Virus record (IMG/VR): IMGVR_UViG_3300032280_000442
Coordinates: 192,001-256,000 of that record
Reading direction: 5' to 3' (one strand)
DNA from: a virus
Taxonomy: Duplodnaviria > Caudoviricetes
Length of the DNA: 64,000 bases
Notes under the pieces: model-generated
The model's input: only the letters and a program-made list of their open reading frames with translations
Told to the model about the DNA's origin: nothing
Databases searched by the model: none
Shown here: positions 39,580 through 47,448 of the stretch, piece after piece
Layout: every line of letters begins with the position of its first letter
Position numbering within the stretch: position 1 is the stretch's first letter
Made by a program: the position numbers and the translations under genes

Positions 39580-40620
39580 TTATGTTATTGTGTTACCCCT
39601 CATATAAATATTTTGAGTATCGGTTATCTTGAATATTGTATTAGGGTAAGTTGTATAAACTCTATATGTTATTGGAGGAATTGTTGCTCCGGTATATGTA
39701 AATGTATATGAATTTATTGTACTTTCGGTTCCAACACCCGTTAATAAATTAGGACTATTACTTGTGTTAATATCAATAATTGTCTGTTTCTTATTATTAG
39801 TCAACGAAACAGGTATTATCCAAGTATACCATCCACTACCATTAACATATCCTGCCGGTATTTTTGTTGTTAAGAAATTATAAGCAACAATTGAGTTATT
39901 ATATTGGTCCTCACCACCTGATGTTTGAGGAACAGTTTGTTGTATCAATGATGGGAATAAACCATTTGTCCAACCACTAAAATCAACATACTTATTCATA
40001 TCAATATTAAACTCAGTTTGATTTTGCGTCGGTTGAGAATAATTTGTAAACCCAAAGAAGTTTCTACCACTATTATACATCCATTGACCTATATTTGTTG
40101 AACCTGAAACTGGTTCGATAAATAAATATGCAAAATACGCCGGTGTAGGTGTAGGTGTTGGAGTTTTAGTCATTGTTGGTGTTTGACTTGGTGTGGTTGT
40201 ATTTGTCGGTGTAGGTGTTGGTGCATTAGGTGTTGATGTGTTTGTCGGTGTCTGTGTGTGAGTTGGGGTAATACTTGGTGTTGGCGTTGGTGTAGGGGAA
40301 ACATTACAAGGATTATATGTTGGTGTATTTGTTGGTGTACTTGTCGGTGTCGTTGTGTTTGTTGGAGTTTGAGTCATCGTTGGGGTTGGGGTTGGTGTAG
40401 GAACGGTTACATTCATAATTATTGGACAATCCGCACCCTCAATCAATATGGTATAAACACCATACACATCACGAGGAGGTGTTAATAATGACGGATTAAA
40501 CACATATGGTAATGATTGGTTTCCTAAATTAATAACCGCATTAACATTTACAGGTTTAAACAAAATATTTGCCACCTCACCACTATAATTTACGCTTTGT
40601 ATTGTTATTGTATTTGACAT
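39580..40620 (-). CDS. PT-stalk appendage protein
   Basis: N-terminal domain similar to that of 21801-23759; central (TP)n tract. Confidence 0.75.
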   Translation of the reverse strand: MSNTITIQSVNYSGEVANILFKPVNVNAVINLGNQSLPYVFNPSLLTPPRDVYGVYTILIEGADCPIIMNVTVPTPTPTPTMTQTPTNTTTPTSTPTNTPTYNPCNVSPTPTPTPSITPTHTQTPTNTSTPNAPTPTPTNTTTPSQTPTMTKTPTPTPTPAYFAYLFIEPVSGSTNIGQWMYNSGRNFFGFTNYSQPTQNQTEFNIDMNKYVDFSGWTNGLFPSLIQQTVPQTSGGEDQYNNSIVAYNFLTTKIPAGYVNGSGWYTWIIPVSLTNNKKQTIIDINTSNSPNLLTGVGTESTINSYTFTYTGATIPPITYRVYTTYPNTIFKITDTQNIYMRGNTIT

Positions 40621-40637
40621 ATTTTATTTTTTTATTA

Positions 40638-43600
40638 TTAAGGTATACAATCCATTTCTGTTGTTACGGATTCAACCACACCTGAAGCATTTACATAAAC
40701 CCCATCATAAATAATAGCACCACTATTACATTCCCCATTTCTAAATAACGCACCAAAACCAGGACCATTACACGATACATATGATGTTAATTGTGGATTA
40801 TCATAGAACTGAGTTCCAACTACTATTGAAGGAGATAGTGAGTATACCGTTATTTCATCACAGTTGTATTGATAAGGTAGACAACATCCAAACAAATTAT
40901 ATGTGTAAACAGTTGGTCTTGTCGGTGTTGGTGTTCTTGTCGGTGTTGGAGTTTGTGTTCTCGTAAGTGTTGGTGTATTTGTTGGTGTGGTTGTTGGAGT
41001 TTGTGTTGGTGTTAATGTTGGTGTTCTCGTAAGTGTTGGTGTTGGGGTGTTAGTTGGTGTTGGACAAGCAAACGCGTTAACTGTAGGTGCCGGTAAAACA
41101 CCTAGTTCCGCTAATCCCCACGAGGTTTCCTGATAAGGATATTGTGGTGGAGGTGTAGTGTTACCATAATAATAAGTAGCCTCATCATCAGAGTTATATA
41201 TACTCCACACTGTTATTCCTAAAACTTCTTGAAGAATAATACTAAAAGCATTGTATACGTAGTATGGCCTATTGAATCCATTTAGTGTGTAATTACCAGC
41301 ATATGTGTACGTACCATTCGCCCCAACACTTCCAGCTCCACTAACACATACACTACCTGCAGGTGTTGTAGTTGGCGTAATTGTTGGTGTGCGTGTGAGT
41401 GTTGAAGTGTTTGTTGGTGTTAAAGTATTTGTTGGAGTTAAAGTATTTGTTGGTGTTACACTTGGTGTTGTTGTATTAGTTGGAGTTATAGTGTTTGTAG
41501 GTGTTACACTTGGTGTTGTTGTATTAGTTGGAGTTATAGTGTTTGTAGGTGTTATACTTGGTGTGACTGTATTTGTCGGCGTCACTGATGGTGTTACACT
41601 TGGTGTTGTTGTATTAGTTGGAGTTATAGTGTTTGTAGGTGTTATACTTGGTGTGACTGTATTTGTCGGCGTCACTGATGGTGTTACACTTGGTGTAGGA
41701 GTCACCGTTGGTGTAGGACCATTAATTGTAAATGTAAAATCATCCACAGGACAAAATTCTTCACCACAATCAGGACAATCCGGATTAAACATATTAAAAG
41801 TATCCTTTAATAAATTAAAATTATGTTTAACCTCAGGTGCGGATAATGGTGAGACATACATTCTGAATTGAGATATAGCCCCATCAAATGTTCCTCCAAA
41901 ATTTTGTTCCAATAATATATTTGTGGTTAACCCACTATACATAGTACCAACTAAATCATTTGTTGGTAAAGATTCGGGGTCTTGAATATATGTTGTTCCG
42001 GTTGTTGATGAGAATGTTAAATTTTCTCTTAAACCCTGTGTTCCACCACCCCACGAAATATTAAACGGAACACCAACTTGTTTTTCTTTATCTGTATTTA
42101 AACCTCTTGGAATAATCTCCTCAAAATTCTCTATAGTAAAAAATCTTCTACCATTAATATATATTTTTAGTCTACCTTTTCTATAATGTTTATCAATTAA
42201 CCATTTTTCGTTTAAATCAACTAATTCAACTTCACCCGGTGCTGGATATCCTACTTGAGTGTATGGAGGTGCGATTAATGACATTGAATTGTTAGCTAAT
42301 GATTCTAAAAGTTTTCTTTCAGTTATATCTCCTAATCCTCCACGATACCACAAATCACAAGTATCTAACCAAGTGTATCTTTCCCATACCGCATCAAGTT
42401 GGAACCAATGTTCTTCTTCCAAATACGCAGGATTTACATTCTCACAATAATCATATATTCCTGTTGGAGAACAATACTCAGTTATAGTATATCCTGTTTG
42501 ATAAGTTATCCCACTAGTCTCACAAGACCCTGTTGTAACACAATCACCAGTAAATCTTAATACTTTAACACCTATTGATGGATTATGTGGGTCACCACAT
42601 AATTTAAATGAAATCGCGTTGGATATTGAATCAAATAATGGGTCCGTTTCACAAGTTGATTGGACTGATGATTCACAAGTATGGTTTCTACATTCCCATC
42701 CACAGATATCATTTTCAAATGTTGGGCAACCACAAGATGAACAAACATAAGACGATGAATTACAACCACAAGTATTACAACCATAATTATGATGAGGGTC
42801 GTGGTCACCATTAATACTTCTTGGTGGATAAACATAGATACAACGACTATCTGTTACCCCTGTATTACAACAAGCACAAGTTTCTAACCCAACTAATCCG
42901 GAAGTAACTCGAGTATAAGCGGATATCCCACCCATAAATCCATCCGCGTGATGATAAAATTTATTCTCAGCACGAGTTCCCATATAAAAGAATATATTTT
43001 TATTTTGGGGATAAACAACATTTAATGTTGTTTCACCTGAAGATGGTGAGTATTCGTTATTTTCCGGAAATCTTGGTTTTAATAACATTTCAACAGACCA
43101 TCCTTTATTCATCCTTTCAGGGAATATCTCGTAATCATAACCAAATAACTTGTAAAATCCTTGATAAAATCCACCATATAATTGGTGGATGTTAGTTCCA
43201 CTAATTAAATCATACTGACTAATAACCTCATATAATATGGTTTTATTAAATCCTGTAAATCTAATATTACTACTAGTATATCCTGTAACTTGGAACATTT
43301 TAAATCGTCTATCAAACGATAATCTATCAAACTTAGTAAAATCATTAATCCCATTGGTAAATGTTATTGTTTGTCCGGTCATACCTGTAACCAATCCATT
43401 ATCAATTCCGGTTAAACCAATATCACAAGATGTGTTAGCGGTTAAACAACTTAAATCTAAATTATCAGGATTATAATAGTTTTTAGAAACAAAAACATTA
43501 TTAAAATTGTAATGTTTATAAATTAAAGAATATTGTTGGACAGAACTACTATCGTCAATATCAAAATAAAATGGTAATCTATTACCGTATGTTTGAGCAA

Positions 43601-43730
43601 TAAGATATGGTGAGAAAACAACTTCTTCATTAAAGTTTCTCTCATCGCTAACTAATGACATATCATTAGATTCTAACCCTAATTTTATACCCCAATTTGG
43701 TTTTGGAAATTGATTTATATTTTGACTCAC
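40638..43730 (-). CDS. Large structural protein with LamG/concanavalin-like domain and PT stalks
   Basis: GWSVEMLLK, GRLKIYING, FDGAISQFRMYVSPLSAPEVKHNF; Cys-rich insert; long PT tracts. ORF track start is a GTG. Confidence 0.7.
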   Translation of the reverse strand: MSQNINQFPKPNWGIKLGLESNDMSLVSDERNFNEEVVFSPYLIAQTYGNRLPFYFDIDDSSSVQQYSLIYKHYNFNNVFVSKNYYNPDNLDLSCLTANTSCDIGLTGIDNGLVTGMTGQTITFTNGINDFTKFDRLSFDRRFKMFQVTGYTSSNIRFTGFNKTILYEVISQYDLISGTNIHQLYGGFYQGFYKLFGYDYEIFPERMNKGWSVEMLLKPRFPENNEYSPSSGETTLNVVYPQNKNIFFYMGTRAENKFYHHADGFMGGISAYTRVTSGLVGLETCACCNTGVTDSRCIYVYPPRSINGDHDPHHNYGCNTCGCNSSSYVCSSCGCPTFENDICGWECRNHTCESSVQSTCETDPLFDSISNAISFKLCGDPHNPSIGVKVLRFTGDCVTTGSCETSGITYQTGYTITEYCSPTGIYDYCENVNPAYLEEEHWFQLDAVWERYTWLDTCDLWYRGGLGDITERKLLESLANNSMSLIAPPYTQVGYPAPGEVELVDLNEKWLIDKHYRKGRLKIYINGRRFFTIENFEEIIPRGLNTDKEKQVGVPFNISWGGGTQGLRENLTFSSTTGTTYIQDPESLPTNDLVGTMYSGLTTNILLEQNFGGTFDGAISQFRMYVSPLSAPEVKHNFNLLKDTFNMFNPDCPDCGEEFCPVDDFTFTINGPTPTVTPTPSVTPSVTPTNTVTPSITPTNTITPTNTTTPSVTPSVTPTNTVTPSITPTNTITPTNTTTPSVTPTNTITPTNTTTPSVTPTNTLTPTNTLTPTNTSTLTRTPTITPTTTPAGSVCVSGAGSVGANGTYTYAGNYTLNGFNRPYYVYNAFSIILQEVLGITVWSIYNSDDEATYYYGNTTPPPQYPYQETSWGLAELGVLPAPTVNAFACPTPTNTPTPTLTRTPTLTPTQTPTTTPTNTPTLTRTQTPTPTRTPTPTRPTVYTYNLFGCCLPYQYNCDEITVYSLSPSIVVGTQFYDNPQLTSYVSCNGPGFGALFRNGECNSGAIIYDGVYVNASGVVESVTTEMDCIP
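41453..41696. repeat. Exact 90-nt tandem duplication (30 aa) preceded by a 48-nt partial copy in a PT tract
   Basis: 41501-41590 is identical to 41591-41680; 41453-41500 equals the first 48 nt of the unit. Confidence 0.9.
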
Positions 43731-43742
43731 AATCTTTTTTAT

Positions 43743-43771
43743 GATAAATAGTCAGAAACGAAGTATTTATA
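43743..43771. promoter_or_regulatory. Back-to-back TATTTAT(A/C) motifs at the divergence point
   Basis: GATAAATA 43743-43750 (serves minus-strand gene 43730) and TATTTATA 43764-43771 (serves plus-strand gene 43786). Confidence 0.6.
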
Positions 43772-43785
43772 TATAAAAAGTTGAT

Positions 43786-44622
43786 ATGATTAATTTTAAT
43801 ACCGAATATTTTGGAAACAATTGTTACTTCTACATTAAAGATAGAGGTAATAAAATATCCCTTTATTATAATGTGGCGAACACTTTAACGGAATCAAGAA
43901 AATCTGACGATAAAATTGAGTTTGATAAAAAAGACGAAAAAAAAGTTAAAGGTGTGGTTTCTTCAGCATTAAAAACAAAATCTAAAGTTTCTAAAAAAGC
44001 TTTAGATAAAAAACTTAAAGGAATTAAATCCAAAGAAGAAATTGATGAATTAGTTGATGAGGACGGTAATATGTTAGGCTCAAGAATACCAAATCTTAGT
44101 CAAATATTAACACCTCACAAAACTATGGACCAAACAGTCGCAATGACTAGAATGACAAATGACCCTGTAACAAGAGGTTATAGAGTTTATTATGGTGAGA
44201 GTGAAGAAGGAACTGATGATGTAATTAACGAGGTCGATTATTCAGAAGCATTTGGATATGAGGAAACAAAAGATATGGATTATCACGATACCGTTAAAAC
44301 TCTTGAGGAATTGGGTGTTGAAAATGCTGAAGAAAGAGCCGACGAATTTGGTAAAATGCGAAAAGCAAAGAAAAAGAATGGTATATTAAAACAAAGATTG
44401 TCAGAAAAAGAAACATTAGAAGAACGTCAACATAGATTAATGAAAAAAATGGTTGAGGATATTTTAACTAAAAAATCAAAAGATAATTCTGATGTTATTA
44501 AAAACACCGGTGTTAGTAAAATATTAAAAAAAAATATTAAAGCAATAAAAAATATTGCAGACAAAGAAGGTATTAGTATCAATATGTTAATAAAAGCTTT
44601 AAAATCATCAGACGATGAATAG
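43786..44622 (+). CDS. Hypothetical charged protein (possible internal head protein)
   Basis: 278-aa Lys/Glu-rich ORF. Confidence 0.7.
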   Translation: MINFNTEYFGNNCYFYIKDRGNKISLYYNVANTLTESRKSDDKIEFDKKDEKKVKGVVSSALKTKSKVSKKALDKKLKGIKSKEEIDELVDEDGNMLGSRIPNLSQILTPHKTMDQTVAMTRMTNDPVTRGYRVYYGESEEGTDDVINEVDYSEAFGYEETKDMDYHDTVKTLEELGVENAEERADEFGKMRKAKKKNGILKQRLSEKETLEERQHRLMKKMVEDILTKKSKDNSDVIKNTGVSKILKKNIKAIKNIADKEGISINMLIKALKSSDDE

Positions 44623-45082
44623 TGAATTATACGGAAAAACTTATCCGGTTCCTCAAGATGTCATTGATTACTTACATCAATGTCATCAAGCTGTTGGTGA
44701 AGTCGATGAAACTACCGAAGGTTTTAAACGTAATAAAGATTTAAGAGAAAAAGGTGAGGTAACTTATCAACAATTAAAACGAATGAAAAATTGGTTTGAT
44801 AATTTCAATGGTCACCAAGATGAAATCTCTCACATATTAAATGGTGGTCACTATGTTAAAAATTGGGTTGAAAATATTTTGAAAGGAGATAGAGATACAA
44901 TAGACACTCGTAAACAATCAACTTCTGAAGTATTACCAAATCAACACATTAAACCTCACGAAAAAGATGGTATGATGAGTATGAATAGACCAAGTCAAAG
45001 TCATAATTCATCTATCAATAAATTTGATACAGCAATCACAGAAAGTTTAAAAAGAATAAACGAATTAATGAAAAAAATATAA
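44615..45082 (+). CDS. Hypothetical protein
   Basis: 155-aa ORF; VTYQQLKRMKNWFD...GG...WV; C-terminal ITESLKRINELM. Confidence 0.7.
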   Translation: MNSELYGKTYPVPQDVIDYLHQCHQAVGEVDETTEGFKRNKDLREKGEVTYQQLKRMKNWFDNFNGHQDEISHILNGGHYVKNWVENILKGDRDTIDTRKQSTSEVLPNQHIKPHEKDGMMSMNRPSQSHNSSINKFDTAITESLKRINELMKKI

Positions 45083-45087
45083 TAATT

Positions 45088-45384
45088 ATGGCAGTAAATG
45101 AACCATTAGATTTTGCACAACCGGATAATACATTATCATCAATAGCCGAGGCTCAAAGAAAATTATTATTCCCAAAAAATGACTTTAAAAAAACAGATAA
45201 CGAATATTCGTCAGTAAACCCTGATGCTCTTGCCGATGGTGATACTGATGGTAAAGGAACCGGTAACTTTTTAGATGTTTATAATGAACAAGCAGGTGCA
45301 ATCCAAGATATTTTAGAAAGAAAATCTGAAATAGTTTTAAACCAATACAAGTCAAACTCACCTTACACAACACCAAGTGCATAA
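45088..45384 (+). CDS. Hypothetical protein
   Basis: 98-aa ORF; NPDALADGDTDGKGTG. Confidence 0.7.
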   Translation: MAVNEPLDFAQPDNTLSSIAEAQRKLLFPKNDFKKTDNEYSSVNPDALADGDTDGKGTGNFLDVYNEQAGAIQDILERKSEIVLNQYKSNSPYTTPSA

Positions 45385-45782
45385 TGAAACTTTACAACAC
45401 ATTTAAATCTCTTATTTTAGAAGTAGCATCAATCGATTCAATTGTCGATGCTATTAAAAATAAAGATAAGATAATCATTTATTACGACGGTGATGAACCG
45501 GGAGGACGTGGTTTAAGAAATATTGAACCCGTTTGTTTTGGATATTCAAAAGCCGGAAACCCTGTATTAAGAGCTTGGGATGAAGAGGGAGCCTCTCACA
45601 CCGGTTATAAAGGTGAACAACCCTTACCAGGATGGAGATTATTTAGAGCGGATAAAATCCTTTCTTTTAAACCATCAGGTGAAAAGTTTAACGAACCAAA
45701 GCCCGGATACAATTTTAATGGGGATAAAAGTATGAACAGAGTTATCATAAACGCGGTTTTCGGACAAAACCCAACACAATAA
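45384..45782 (+). CDS. Stand-alone WYL-domain protein
   Basis: IIIYYDG...RNIEPVCFG...LRAWD...WRLFRADKI. Confidence 0.75.
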   Translation: MKLYNTFKSLILEVASIDSIVDAIKNKDKIIIYYDGDEPGGRGLRNIEPVCFGYSKAGNPVLRAWDEEGASHTGYKGEQPLPGWRLFRADKILSFKPSGEKFNEPKPGYNFNGDKSMNRVIINAVFGQNPTQ

Positions 45783-45791
45783 TTAAATTTT

Positions 45792-46424
45792 ATGACAAAC
45801 GAATTAAGTTTAATGGAAAAATTAGCGGTATCCAAAAAAATAATGGACGCCCATAATAGAATACCAACAGGTGGAGCATCACAATCAATGGGGTCTTATA
45901 ATACGCCTATGGTTGAAAATTACGAACCAGTAAAAGCTTCTTATAATATACCTCAAGAATTATTACAAGAATCTGAAATAAACCAACCATATTTATCATC
46001 AATACCAAAAACTCCATCTGCACCACAACCATTAACAAGTGATAGAGTTATGGCATCAAAATTACCTGACGCAATTAAAAGATTAATGATTGAACACCCT
46101 ATTGAAATTCCAAACTCAATGGGAGGTGGTGGTTCTGTATTATCAGATGAATTAGTTGAAAAAGCAACTAGATTGATGAATACAGATGCTAGAGGAAATC
46201 AAGTTAATCAACCAAAACAAGTTGTTAGAGAACAATCCCCTATACAACAACCTCAAGTTAATAATAAACAATTACGTGAAATGTTAAAAGAAGTTGTAGA
46301 GGAAGTCTTACAAGAAAACGGAATTTTATCAGAATCAGAACAAAAATCAAACGAAGTCTTTTCTTTTAAAGTAGGAAAACATATATTTGAAGGTAAGGTT
46401 ACTAAGATAAAAAAAATCTCTTAA
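45792..46424 (+). CDS. Hypothetical protein
   Basis: 210-aa ORF; SKLPDAIKRLMIEHPI; C-terminal FKVGKHIFEGKVTKIKK. Confidence 0.7.
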   Translation: MTNELSLMEKLAVSKKIMDAHNRIPTGGASQSMGSYNTPMVENYEPVKASYNIPQELLQESEINQPYLSSIPKTPSAPQPLTSDRVMASKLPDAIKRLMIEHPIEIPNSMGGGGSVLSDELVEKATRLMNTDARGNQVNQPKQVVREQSPIQQPQVNNKQLREMLKEVVEEVLQENGILSESEQKSNEVFSFKVGKHIFEGKVTKIKKIS

Positions 46425-46444
46425 CTTTATTTACTCTCAAGATT

Positions 46445-46474
46445 AACCCCTTTCTACCAAGATTGGGGTTTTTT
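46445..46474 (+). terminator. Intrinsic terminator
   Basis: AACCCC...GGGGTT followed by a T-run. Confidence 0.65.
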
Positions 46475-46533
46475 ATTTTAAAATAGTTTCCTTTTGATTA
46501 AACCGGTATATTTATATAATAAAAAATTATGTT

Positions 46534-47448
46534 ATGGATATTAAAACTGAAAAAAAAATTATCTCCGAATATAAAAAGGGAAAAAGTAGTTTAGACATTG
46601 TTAAAATTGTTGGTTTATCAAAACCTACAATCCTTAAAGTATTAAACAAACATAATCTCGTTAGAAAAAGAGATAGATGTTCCACATTAGATATTAAAAA
46701 AGAGGGGGAAAGATATTATATAACTCGTAAATGCCCTAAATGTAATAAAGACATTAAAACAACTTCAAAAGATAAAGTAATTGCGTGTAGGAATTACTTT
46801 AACGCAATTAATAGCCATCATAATTGTGTTAAATGTATGTCAGAATCATTTATTGGGGAGGGAAATCATTTCTTTGGTAAAACACATACCAAAGAAAGTA
46901 TTAAAAAAATGTCTAAAAGTAAAACAGGTCAATATACCGGAGACAAAAACCATATGAAACAAGAAAAATATCGTCAAATGAGTAGAGATATTATGAGGTC
47001 AAATTGGGATAACGGTATTTTAGATAGAAAAGTCATTTCAGAACAAATGAAACAAACTCAGAGAAGTGGTAAAATTAAATCCGGTATAATATCAAAAAGA
47101 GAAAAAGAAATTGTTAAAGAAATAAAACAATTGGGTTATAAACTAATTCATTCATATCGTGTTGATACTAAAATTTGTGATGTATACATACCATCATTAA
47201 ATTTAATTATCGAATATTTTGGTGACTATTGGCATTGTAACCCCAAAAAATACGAATCGGATTTTTTTAATAAAAAAAAGGGTAAGTTTGCTTGGGAATT
47301 ATGGGATTATGATAAAAAGAAACTTGAATTAATCAAAAGTTATGGTTATAATTTAGAAGTTGTGTGGGAGGGTGACCTTAAACTCAACAATAAATTAATA
47401 GAAATCATAATAGAAAACTATGTCACAAAACTCACTTCAACGCCCTAA
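46534..47448 (+). mobile_element. Free-standing homing endonuclease (HTH + Zn ribbon + NUMOD3 + Vsr-like/EDxHD-type nuclease)
   Basis: SLDIVKIVGLSKPTILKVL (HTH), CPKC...CVKC, GEGNHFFGKTHTKESIKKMS (NUMOD3), CDVYIPSLNLIIEYFGDYWH. Confidence 0.8.

Noticed and set aside
41305-41871. Val/Gly-rich plus-strand ORFs (also 21970-22323, 40258-40485) and Asn-rich alternate-frame ORFs (21952-22188, 22384-22674)
   Set aside because: Shadow frames of Pro/Thr repeat-coding DNA.
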